DNA of 64,000 nucleotides from contig NIVC01002440.1 of the NCBI GenBank assembly GCA_002269645.1, forward strand, positions 62,001 to 126,000, in the 5' to 3' direction. Below, in pieces: positions 24,921 through 36,730 of this stretch. Each line of letters starts with the position of its first letter. Positions within the stretch are counted from its first letter, which is position 1. Position numbers and translations under genes: made by a program. The DNA is from Macrostomum lignano. Its lineage: Eukaryota. The notes under the pieces were generated by a model, which worked only from the letters and a program-made list of their open reading frames with translations, was not told where the DNA came from and ran no database searches.

Positions 24921-25388
24921 CAGAGAAGCACTGGAGTGGCTGGTCAGCAGGATGCAGATAAGGCAGTGCAGCAGCTCCTGCTTCAATATCCCCATAGACT
25001 CGTGGGCCTGCAGCAAGGACAGCATCAGCAGGTCGGGGCAGCTTTTCAGCGGATAGTCGAACAGCTCGCGAACCTCGGTGTAGAATCCCTGCTCAGACAG
25101 CTTCATGAGGGCGTCGATGAGGTCCAGGTTGCGCCACACCTGGGTGGGGCTGCCGCGCAGCTCGTAGTCTGGCGGCAGCTTGAGGCGGCCAATGTCGGTC
25201 TGTCTGTAGCGATAGAAGGTCAGACAGAGCACGTCCGAGTGGATGATGCAGTGGCGCAGGAAGGACAGCTGGCCCTGCGCGTGGTTCCAGTCTCTGTAGA
25301 AGACGTCAATCGGCAGGTCGCTGCTGGAGCCCTGGGCGCCATTGCTGAGGCACTTGCGGAGCAGCTCGAATGCCCGCTTGGACTTCAC
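24921..25388 (-). CDS. CNOT1: CNOT1 coding exon
   Basis: cag|GTG AAG TCC...TCT CTG|gtgaat; FYRDWNHAQGQLSFL and FDYPLKSCPDLLMLSLLQ. Confidence 0.93.
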
Positions 25389-25659
25389 CTGGGTTGGCAA
25401 TGACAACATGGCAATGAGCGAATTTCTAATTAAGAATCAATTTGTCAAGACGCAAGGCGGCAAGCGGACAGGCTACGAAGTGGGGAACCGCTGAGCTACC
25501 CCCCTACCTGTAAACACATCAAGTTCTATTCTTGCTACTCGTTAGTAGGCGATCTCTTAGAATAATTTACTCAAAGAGCCAATTATTTAATAAAGTTTCT
25601 AAAATGGCATGGGCATCAGAGCAAAAGCCCCAATGCCATAAATCATATCTGAGCCTCAC

Positions 25660-26745
25660 CTCAAAGCCGGGATGGTCCAGCTCGGACGCAACGCTGCGAA
25701 GCTGCAAACTGGAGTTGAGCTCCCGCACAGCCATGAGGAAATTTTCCACATTCCAGGTATCGGGCTGCTGCTGCTGCTGCTGCTGGTCCAGCTTCCAGCT
25801 GATGGAGCTGCCTGCGCCGGGGCCGTGCAGGGCGATCTGGTTGCCAACGTGGCCTTCGCAGGTGCGCATGAACATGGAGATGCAACGGGCCACGGCGGCG
25901 GGGGTGATGTCCCGCACTCCGAACTCGGCCAGGGTCAGCCGCATCTCCTCCGGTGTAGCCGTGCAGCCGTAGCCCAGCTCCTCCAGCAGCTCGGCCAGGC
26001 TGCTGTCAACCTGCTGGCTGGACTGCAGCGCCGAGTTGGAGCTCACCACCATCTGCTGCAGGCTGGTCGGCTCGCGGAAGGCCTTCGACACTGGCAGATC
26101 CTCAGTCTCTGCGTACAGCAGCGGCGCCAGCACTACGGGCACCCGCTGCTTGGGGAAATCCTTGCGTAGCACGCGCAGGAAGGCCTCGATGAGGTCCTTG
26201 CTGGCGCCGAACCTGTGCGGCTCCTCGCGCAGCTTGGTGAGAATGAGGTGCACCATCTCGATGCTCATGTCCTGCAGGCCGGCTACACCGCCGCCGGCGC
26301 CGCCTCCGCCGACTCCGCCAACTCCGTCGTGGCCGCCCGCACCAGCGTCAGCGTCAACGTAGGTGGCGAGCAGGTCGGGCAACTTGGCGCGCAGCCAGGC
26401 CTGGGCGCCTTCGCGAGTCTCAAGGCGCAGCGAGGACAGCAGGGCGAGGCCGAGGGTGACCTCCTGCACCCGGCTGAGCTTCAGGGTGCGGCTGACCTGC
26501 GGCAGCAGGCCGGACCCCGGCCGCAGCGACTTCTGTGAGGCAAACGGATGGTCCAGGGCGTAGCAGATGAGGGTGACGAAGTTGGGCTTGGCGAACAGGC
26601 TGTGCATCTCCTGGATGAGCAGCTGGGTCTGGTGGTAGTCCTTCACCGAGCCTCTGGCGTCGTGCGGCGCGCCCGAGAAGTCGATGGAGGAAAACAGACA
26701 CCTGTACAGGTGGCGCTCGGCCTCGAAGCCATGCTGGTTGACCAG
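25660..26745 (-). CDS. CNOT1: CNOT1 most 5' coding exon found (N-terminal domain)
   Basis: ttgctcag|CTG GTC AAC CAG CAT GGC (LVNQHGFEAERHLYRCLFSSIDFSG; human [25 protein letters not shown])...TTT GAG|gtgagg. The nine exons sum to 7350 nt, in frame. Confidence 0.95.
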
Positions 26746-27395
26746 CTGAGCAATGGGAAAAGGCGAGCTTTGAGTTACTAATAGCGCTAAACAGTAAACA
26801 CTTTAACCAATCAATTCTTATAGCCAGCGATATTTTCATAACAAAATAAATTGTAATAGAATCAGAGATCAAGTTTAAAATTGGGACGTTTTTAGTTTCA
26901 AATATTTTAATATATTCATACCTATTTTTTACAAATACATTATAAACTATAATAAGCTATTTTATGTTCATGGCTAGTCAATACTAATGTTTAGCCAGAT
27001 CAAAGGGGTTCTAGCATAGCAAGCCCTTTACACATTAAAAACCCATTTAGATGAAAATTATTATAAAATAATGAAAAATAACCATAATGTCAAACTCTAA
27101 CACTAGTCTAAATATATATTTTGTCTATAAATTAGACACAAGTTATAAATTTTTCATTTAAAAGAAATAATGATTGGTAAAACTAAACGAATAGACTAGT
27201 GTAGTGACAAAAATATTTGATGTTGAGGCCTTTTTAATTTTAGTCTAGACACAATTCAGGTGCAATTTTTGCTGAATATAAACTTTAATTAGGAGCACTT
27301 GCAAGGTTAATATGACTACAATTATGTTAATATGTTAATATAAATGTTGGATATGACTACAGTAGATAGCTGCTCTTATAGATATGACTATGGAA

Positions 27396-27695
27396 CATAC
27401 ATGCGCAACCTCCGAAATTCGGTCGGCCATGCGACTTAGTTTTAACAAAAATGCGACGTAGTTTTTGGCCCAAAATGCGACTTACATGTAAAAAAAAACC
27501 CTAAAGCAAAATAAACGCAACTTTGGGTAAACGGCAGGAGTAACTATGACTGTCTTATTAAGCCAAAATGCCTCGTCAGCTACTTAGCACTACTACTTGG
27601 TTATTTTTTCGGGTGGGCATTTTTGCGACTTCCTTGGTTGGCCGCCAAATCGGTCGGCCGCATCGGCCGCCTCGGCCGACTGTTGCGCATGTATG
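27396..27695. mobile_element. 300-bp MITE, hAT-like
   Basis: 14-bp TIR CATACATGCGCAAC / GTTGCGCATGTATG; perfect 8-bp TSD CTATGGAA at 27388-27395 and 27696-27703. Confidence 0.9.
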
Positions 27696-27718
27696 CTATG
27701 GAAATAGTACAGTCATAT

Positions 27719-27950
27719 AATACATGTGCAACCCCCTGATTTACTGGCTATGCAACTTAATTTTTGACTAAAAATGCAACTTACTAGTAAAAGAAACTGT
27801 AGAGCAAATATTAACACAATTTTGGGTAAATGGTAAGAGTAACTATGTCTATCTTATCAAGACTAAATGCATCATAATCTAATTAGTACTATGCCTATAT
27901 TTCTTAGGTCAGCATTTTTGCAACTTACAAAATCATTTTTTGCAACTTAG
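27719..27950. mobile_element. Older, decayed copy of the same MITE family
   Basis: Collinear similarity to 27396-27640 (TACATGTGCAAC, GGGTAAATGGTAAGAGTAACTATG, CATTTTTGCAACTT); end not defined. Confidence 0.75.
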
Positions 27951-30119
27951 TTTGCTAGTTTTGTGACTTAACAAATCCTTTTGTGACTTAGTTGCTTTTG
28001 TTCCAACTTACCTAATCATTTGTGCAACTTGATTTTCTTTTGCTTCACCATTTTTAGTTTAATAAACTTTGTACTTTCTTCTCTTTTTTCCTTGTATCTT
28101 TTTTACTTTTTTGGTTTTTGGCTTTTTTGTTTTTGGTCAACTTAATTTTGCAACTTACCCATAGTCTAACACAATTTATAATGACCAGATCAGCCAGGTT
28201 AGCCAGCAGTTAGGCATGTATAAGTCACATTCCATAGATTCTATAGCCATAGTTACTTTAATTTGCAGTTGTTTAAATATTAGGTTATCATCTTGATTCA
28301 AAGTACTTTATTTCTTAGAATTTGTCGAAACTATAGCTATGGCTATAGGAACTATAAGAATATGGTAATATTGGGATCTTTATAGCTATGGAATATGGAG
28401 AATTGAAATAAGCCATAGTTTTGCTTATGGCTATGGCTATAACACATTGATATCACTTATGGTAGAACCTCACAAAAATGTTATAAAGAACCTTTCTTAG
28501 AATACCAATTGCATTTTGCATGCAAAACATTTGTTTTACCTGTCACAAGAAAAATAGAAACCTTCTTAAAAAAATTCATGCTAACTTTCAATTTTCTTAT
28601 TAGTTTTTACAAAAAGTCTATATAACTGCACAAGTTTGTCAACAATATGCTATAAAATACATACATTTTTTAGTATGCAAAAAACTAAATACGACCGGGT
28701 AATGATGCTGATAAAATCCTAGATTTTCATACAAATCTAGGATTTGTATGAAAATTCCATCCTAGTAGACAGCCATCTAGTGCATTATTTAAAAGAAATT
28801 TTAATGCATGGTGATATAAAAGAAAACAAACATGCGCAACTGCTGGCCGACCTAGCCGATCTGGCCACTATAAATTGTGGTAGACCACAATTTACTACTA
28901 TAACTACTATAACTGTAACTACTATATTTACCATATTTGCCGTCATATATGCACAACACCCGTCCAACCCATCTGACCCAGACAGGTAAAATAGCCACCA
29001 GCCAAGGTAAGTCACAAAAACAAAAATGTGAAAAAGGAAAAAATTGGAAGAAAGAAAGGAGAGAAAGAGAAAAGGAAAAGAAAGGAGGGAGAAGAGAGAG
29101 GGGGAAAAGGAGAGAGGAGAAAGAAAAAGAAAAAGACAAGAAAAGTTATACAAAGTGAAGATTAAGTTGCAATCAAGGGAACTAAGTCTCAATCAAAAGG
29201 AACTTAAGTTGCACTGGCTGGGTTTTTTTAAGGTTGGAAATCCAGTTGCTAGCTGGCCCTTGGGGCTCAAAATCCAGTTTCTAATGGCTATTTTTGGTTG
29301 CCCATTGGCATCTAGCCAAATTCTTGAGGATGGATATTTTTCAAGGCTACATTTAAAAGAAGAAATTTGTTCTCTTAACTCTAAGATTTCTATCTATACT
29401 GCAAATAATAAAGCTATCAATTCTATCATATGATCATATTAATTTATATGGCACTTATTATTTTATTTTATTTTATTATATACTAACAAAATTATTTTTT
29501 TAAATTGGTAACTGGCACAGGGAAAATAAAGTTGCCAGATTGGCCTCTGATGCCAAAAATCCAGTTGCCAATGAGATTTTCAAAGGGCCAAAAAACCCTA
29601 CATGGCCCAAAAAAACCTAGCGCACTAGACAGGTGAAATTTTAAGGTTGGGCATGTATGTTTGCTGTAAGATCCCATAGCTGTAGCTATAGCTGTGGCAA
29701 AACACTATTTTAGTAAAGTAAAAAACCCTAGGTTGAATATCAATCTTTTGAATATAGCATTGATAACCTAGATATCAAAATTAACATATTGATTTTAGAA
29801 TAAATCAAATAAATGCTAAAAAATCAACTTTTATACTGTCACCCATACTAAAAGGATTTAGCCAAGTGTTTGTATCATCAAAATATTTAATCTTAGAAAT
29901 CTCAAAAATTCAATATTGTCCAACTTTTATTGCTAATTATTATTCTTAAAATAGAATATATTCTCAGCCATTGAAACAATTAAATTGTACCATCAGTATT
30001 TAGTATCAACTTTGAAATAAAGATATATAAATAGAAGTATAATTTCATAATGTAAAATACTACTTATGCACAAAGCTAAAATATATAAAGGGAAAAAGTT
30101 AAAAGTTAGGATTAGACTT

Positions 30120-30210
30120 GGCATAGTTCTAGTTTATTTTGTTATATTCCAACCCCCTTACCCTTGAATAGAGGGCAAAATAATTTAACACGGTAAACTA
30201 GAACTATGCC
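30120..30210. mobile_element. 91-bp mini-MITE
   Basis: 17-bp TIR GGCATAGTTCTAGTTTA / TAAACTAGAACTATGCC; 8-bp TSD TTAGACTT at 30112-30119 and 30211-30218. Confidence 0.85.
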
Positions 30211-30338
30211 TTAGACTTCTTTTTGAAAACATGTTTCTTTTTTAAAAACCTTTTACTTAAAACAAAATAGTAAGTTTAGTATTTTTTACAAAATTTTAAT
30301 TTAAATTTGAAGGGCATTAGTTACATAGAAAACTATTT

Positions 30339-30449
30339 GGCAATCTTCCTCTTTCGTTCGTTTAATTATTTCCGGAATTATTTCGCCCTCTATTCAAGGG
30401 TGGTAGGGGGTGGGGGTTGGAATTAAACGAACGAAAGAGGAAAATCGCC
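30339..30449. mobile_element. 111-bp mini-MITE
   Basis: ~30-bp imperfect TIR starting GGC(A/G)AT with 20-bp perfect core CCTCTTTCGTTCGTTTAATT; 8-bp TSD AACTATTT at 30331-30338 and 30450-30457. Confidence 0.85.
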
Positions 30450-33400
30450 AACTATTTTAATATAAGTTTAAAAATGTTTACAAAATGACCCAATAATAGT
30501 TGGATAAAAAGGCTTTTGATGAAAAGTTTTTGACAAAATGTCCTGGAAACTCCTGGGTGTCACTTTTTCATTTTTGTATTTTATGTTGCACATTGATGGG
30601 TTTTTTTCCAATAACTTTCTAATAACTTTTTCCAAGTTATTCCAATAGGCCTAGGAAAAAATAAAAAAGGCCTAATTCAACTCAGTAACATTAATTTTAA
30701 TAAATCTAATAAAAATGCAACTGTGAAGTATCAAATTTAATAAAAATGCAAACCTTAAAACAGTTGGTTACCTTACCTGAGATATTTCTGATAATGACTG
30801 CTTTAGAGTCTTCTTGTTTAGAGAATTCACCAAATTCTCTATTTGAACCAGAGCGAATTGCAGTGCATCAAGCATTTTGTTGCGCGAAAGACCTAAAACC
30901 TGCTTTAGACTATAAGCATAACAAGATAAAATCTAAACTATACCTAAGGATATCTGGAAATAGGCATCAAGTTCTAAAGATAAAAGTTAACTGTGAATGG
31001 TTTAAATGACATGTACGGATACAAGCAAAACGTTAATTTCGACAATCACATTTTAATCCAACAAACTATGGTGTCTTAAAATTAAAGGAAGTCATTTTGA
31101 TTCAACTAACGACGTCATACAGCTTCTTTGAATTTCATTTGTTAACACACTTCGACCAATCTTATAAATTAAGGGTAAATCTCAAATTGAAATATACGTA
31201 AGTTATAAACAAATTTTTTTCTTTTAGCATGAATTTAATTGTTAAACCAGAAGTATTTGTACATAAATTTAACTTTTATTTATAAAAAACTGATTGAAAA
31301 ATGTGTCTTTAAACTTTTAGCCAGAGCTTATGCTTTTATCGTGGCGATAGCGACCGAAAACGTATTTTTCTGACTTGTACTTTAAGTACGTTTTTTTGTT
31401 TCATAACGCTCTTTTGTGTACGTGTACTATTTTTGTCTATGGGACAATGACTGAAAATATAGGGGAAAACCTTTATCTGTGAGCTTGTGGATATTTTACG
31501 GCTGTGTTTTCAATATTTATGAACTTATTTAGCCCTGTCTTAATTGCATGACACTTGTCTACTGTTGAAAAATTCCTGTAAGGTGTAGGTTTTCTGATAA
31601 ACAACGCCAAACATTTTGATCTTTAGTGATTCATTCTTTCAGAGACATTTTAAATATTGTTATTTTGTTTTATCTGCGACTGTCAATGCATTGTTACTTA
31701 CTTATGCCTATTGATGTTACATTTTGACTTTTTTCATGAGCACAAAATTTCCTGTAAGGTGTAAGTTTACTCAGCTCATAAGCATGTAAATGTTCCCAAA
31801 ACTTGTTATTATGTAGAAAAATACTAAACAAAGAGTAGTTTTTTATTGCATGTTCTTGTGATTTTACTAAAGAAGTATAGACCTTATTAAGTTCATTATA
31901 TGGGTTTTTACCATTTATAGCCAACTAACATACTTAAGTAAGCAGTTTGTTTATTTTTGTATGAAAATCTTTGATGAATTCGCTTGTAATGATATTCAAT
32001 TTTGATCTTATGTGTATATTTTGAGCTCTAATGTTTGGTAATCCATAGAAATATTCTAATTTGTTTTTGCCAATGTATTTAATATATTCCTCTAATGTTA
32101 TCATATTTGAATGCCTATTTGGGCTAGCAAAAGACAATAGGTATGGCAGGAACAGGAACCCTTAGAAACAGTTTGCATGGTTAGGAGAAAGCAAAAAGAA
32201 TCCTGGTATTGCATACTTTTATTGTATTTAATGACACCTTAGAAAGCCTTTTTACTCATAATTAGGAAGCACAATCTATCTACTTCTATTTGTATTTATA
32301 TCTCAATATCTGTGTGTAGCAGTATATGTTTACCTTGCAATTTGAATGCCATATCTATTATTTCTATTTAGTCATTTTCAATTGTACTCTGCTATCTTGG
32401 TATTCATTTACAAAAATACAAAGTGAGAGTCTATCTGTCTATTTGTAAATTTTGGCAATTTTCAATGTAGACATTCCTAAAATTACTACAGTTATTTTCT
32501 TTAAATTGATACCAGATAACATTAAGATGATAATACCTCATTCTTATATGGTTTCTATTTTCTACAATACACAAATTTACTTCAAAATTCATTTCTTGTC
32601 TGGAATAAAAGTGGATATTGCATGATAATAGAATATATTTATATGTATCTCTATAGTACAGTGCAAGAAGGGAGTGTTGGCCATGATGGCATAGCAGTCA
32701 TGAGGGTAGAAAGAATTGCTGGGCTGGGCCAATGCCAAATGCCACACATGCACATTGTTTCACATGTGCACTGTGTAGTTACAGTGTTGGGCATAAAAAC
32801 TAACACATCTATGTAAGAGTTTGAAATCCTATATACTGTATTTGTACTGTCAGTTGCATCTTATCCTGGCCTGTACATCTGTTGCTTTCTCTTAGCATAC
32901 TGTATTACCTTTCTCTCAGCATATATATATGTTTTAGTTTCCAGTTTAACATTTGCCATTTGCCATTTACATTTTTCTTAGTTTTCAGTGCCATATCTGC
33001 TTTATATAGTATTTTTCAGTCTGTAAGTTTTCTGTTTTTTTTTTGCCAGTATCTTTTTGGCTTTTATTTACTGTTGTACATTTTCCCAGTGCGAGTAACT
33101 GTACGCTTTTAATTTCATTGCATTTTTATGGTCTGCACTTCTTTATATAAGTCCAGTGCAGTTCAAGTATCTGTTTCAGTCTGTTTTTTCTTGCACATTT
33201 TAAAGTAGAAATGGGAAATATACATGCAATTTTTTGTTTTGCTTTAATTTACAAACAAACATCTACATTCTACAGACGATATATTTGATCAGTGATGGAA
33301 ACCTTAGTCAAAACTTCAAAAGTAAAATGTATAAGTATATTTTTTAACTTCTAGCTTTTTAGCAGTATGAGAGAACAGCAGCTTCGAGTTCTTTGTCAAG

Positions 33401-34749
33401 AAATTAAGGGAAAGTATTGGTGTTATTTTTGTGGTATGGCTTGCAATTTGATAGTTGCAAAACTTGATTCAGTTGAATTAAAGAGACAAACGTGTAATTT
33501 AAAGAAAATTCAATACATTTGCTTAATTAAAATATGTTCAAGTTGAATACTAGATCCATGATCCATCGGTGTCAGTCTGAATATTACAGAATTTGTAGGT
33601 TTCGCCATATTAAATTTTAGTAAAGATAAATAACCCAATTGGCATCGTTTCATTGCCATCAATAATAAACTCCGTTCGTTATCAGTCCGTCAACGGGATA
33701 TGTTGTCGATATATATATAAAAAATGGTTTAGGTACCGTATATTCCGTTTATATTAAATCAGGCAGATTCTTAGCACGTTAAATTAAGTAACTATAAACA
33801 GCCTCAATTTATAACAAAATGTTTCTTAAAAACAAAGAATATTTTGTGTATACTACAAACCAATAGAAATTTAACTCTAAAAAAACAAAAACTACAATTT
33901 TGTATGTTAAATAAACAAACAGTTTATCTTCGGTATTAATCGTTGTCAGAATACCCTTCGAAAAAACAAACAGCATTCTTTCTTGAAATTCAGGCCTACT
34001 TGTGGTTTTAAGTAGGAAAATTATTATATTATTGTTTAATCTTCAGAGGTAAAGCATTATTTTGCATGCCACAGAACTTTTATTTTTTGTCAATTTTTTT
34101 ACTTCTGTGTTTGAGATTTACCCTTAATTCGTCCGATCTCATTACCATTTAAATTTGTTGACAAGTATTTATTATTACAAGATTTAATTTCTTTTTCTTT
34201 AATTTATATACATTTGTACCTAGCTTAACTATTATAAAGAGTTTTTTAGATTAAAAAATAAATTTATTTATTTTAATTTGTTTTACCTTTTCTTACTTAA
34301 TTTTTTGATCGTTTTATTCTGAGCATTGAATATTGCCGCAAGTTAACAGGTTTTTTATGGAAGGCTGGCAGGTTGCTGCTTTAAAATAAGCCACCATGTG
34401 TCAACCTATCTAACTCTCTGTCTGTGTCTGCGTACAAGTTTTTGTGGCATCGTAAGTAATTGTTGTGGATAAACTCCTAGCAACTGCCTAAGTTATTCAG
34501 TTATCCAGTAGGATTGCAAAAAGCATAGATACAAAACTAAAGGTTGATGACTTATTATATAATATCTATTAGGCCTATTTCAAACAGCTTTTAAATAGAA
34601 GCAGTGGTTTTCACTTCATTAACCTACACAATACAAGCTTGGAAATATCTATAACAGGGGCTGGCAAACTTTTCAATGTGGGTTGGATTTGAAGATTTGG
34701 GCTGAGGTATACAATATACCTGGTATATATAGCAATGCAGAGTAGCACA

Positions 34750-35330
34750 GACAAAAAGAGATCTAGCTAGTCTTTGCATGGACGCGTTTGCAGAACAACC
34801 AAGAGGGGCACTTACGGCAGACTGGGGGCTAAGCCCAATGGCCTGCAAGTCAGTTAGAAATGTATTATTTAGCGTCATAAGCCTAGTTTGGCCTTGGCCA
34901 TATTGCAGGTGCTCAGTGGGTTGATACAGGAAAGCCAGTGCTGGAGGATTTCGCTCGCTGCAGCTGTGGCTTCTTAGGCAATAAAGTAACATCTAATGGC
35001 ATTTATGGATAGTGCAGCTGAATGTGGGAACATTAGCATATCAGTGTAAATTATTAGGTCCCTAGTTGGCATAATATCAAGATAGTGCATGCCCAAGGCA
35101 TAGCAGAGCAGCAACCTATAGTGAGCAATGAGCATCCAGGGCTTGCTATTGTGTCATAGTTATTAGCATAGCCTCTATGCCATATATGAGAATTGGCTTA
35201 ATGGCAGTGTGAAAAAGGTGTATCTTTAGGTCATTATGAGCAGTTAAATTAAAGATGCTCCTACCTAAACATGCTAAGATGGCAAGCCAGAAAAAATATG
35301 CACAATAAATTGTGGCTATAAATGACAATT
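34750..35330 (-). mobile_element. Decayed non-LTR retrotransposon (LINE ORF2 C-terminal region)
   Basis: Remnant frames LKIHLFHTAIKPILIYGIEA and YCLRSH...FLYQPTEHLQYGQGQTR resemble the post-RT segment of RTE/CR1-type LINEs. Confidence 0.6.
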
Positions 35331-35845
35331 TTAGATGATTAAATCAAATGTAACTAACAAATTTAAAATTAAAACTGTTATAGTACATGAATTATAGGAT
35401 GAAAGCTAGTTTTAATTGTAAAGTTGAATGTTTCTACACAACACAAAATTGAATTGCAGGCTACTTTTACTTTGTAAGATAGTAAAAGTGCTACAAGCCA
35501 GACTTGAAGGTGTCATAGGCCATAGGCCAGAGTTTTCTAACCTATGATCTAAAACTCTTTTCAATCTCCAAGCTGTGTATTTGCTCAAAGTCTCAATACT
35601 TTTAATAAAAGTAATCCACTTTCCAATGTTTAGAAAGGTTGTTTGCCTGTAATGATGAAAAAACCTGAGCCTTTTTACTGAGAATTAATCAGTGACTGTG
35701 AATGATAGGACTGACACAGGCAAACTACCCCAATATACACAGGCTTATAATCTCCCAATAATTGTTTGAAAACGATAAGTTCAATACATGCATTGCCATT
35801 CACTAATTTCCCCACAGGAGGATATCCGTTTTAGATTCTTGCAAC

Positions 35846-36270
35846 ATGCCCAGCCAAAGCGTGAGCAACACAAAAGGAGATGCCCCAGTGGCGAGATGAC
35901 TGGCAAATGCTGTCCAGGTGTTGGGTGAAGCCTTCACTGAGCCATGACAGTCTTGTGCGCAGCGCAGGCGCTGGAGAAGTGGAGCGCCCACCTGTGCATG
36001 CTGGCCAGCGACGGCGACAAGGCTGCCTACACCAAGCTGGTTGAGGCCCTCTGCCAGAGGCCCTTGAGGCCGGTCTGTGCAAGATTGACAAGGATGGCAA
36101 GCCGCGCAAGGTGGTCAAGTGCTCCTGCATATTTGTTTGCAATGTGGGCTCATTGCCAGGCCATGGAGTTTTTCGGCAGGCTGGCTGAGTAGACACGACC
36201 TGTTCCTGAAGCCTTACTGCAGGCGGCCCGGCTGCTCGGCTTGAAGGAAAAGTTTCCAGACTCCTGTCTG
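35846..36270 (+). pseudogene. RPS12: Processed pseudogene of 40S ribosomal protein S12
   Basis: Fragments [32 protein letters not shown] and [19 protein letters not shown] match eS12 (KRQAHLCVLASNCD...YVKLVEALC; GLCKIDREGKPRKVVGCSC), with frameshifts, an internal deletion and no introns. Confidence 0.88.
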
Positions 36271-36730
36271 TTCATAATCATTTCTGTTGCCTTCGAGCTG
36301 CCTTTTATTTGTGGCCTTTTCTCAAATAGAACAAAACTACTCCGATTAACTCAATTCTGCCTTTTTGAGCAAAGTTAATTGAAATTGAGTTTTATACGAG
36401 TTTCATTTTTATTGTCTTCAACAAAGCACCGCGTAATCCGTAAATGGATTTAGTTTATTATCCGTTGAAAAAGTTATCGCTGGAGTCATCGCAAACGGTA
36501 AATCACTAGCGACACTGGGGAGACTCAATAATGCGACAGAGAGGCGACTGTTGATCGAGTCACGCATCACGTGAGCTGTAGAATCGTAGAGTTTGTTGCG
36601 AAAAAGTCGTCCGAGAGTCCTGTTAGCGCTTAACTTTCTACTAACTCAGTAGAATAACAGTAGAGATGGAGAGACATACAGAGAGTGAGATGAGCTAAGT
36701 GTACACCTGCATGTAGAATACTATAGCATG

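Larger units (their letters stand above)
26800..35800. other. AT-rich, largely CpG-poor block of decayed transposon-derived sequence upstream of the first CNOT1 exon found
   Basis: Sharp compositional change relative to the flanks; contains MITEs and a LINE remnant. Confidence 0.75.

Noticed and set aside
30746-32137. Short AT-rich ORFs as possible transposase remnants
   Set aside because: No catalytic motif or family could be recognised by eye.
26800-35800. Bacterial or viral horizontal insert
   Set aside because: No gene-dense ORF structure; contains eukaryotic MITEs and a LINE remnant.
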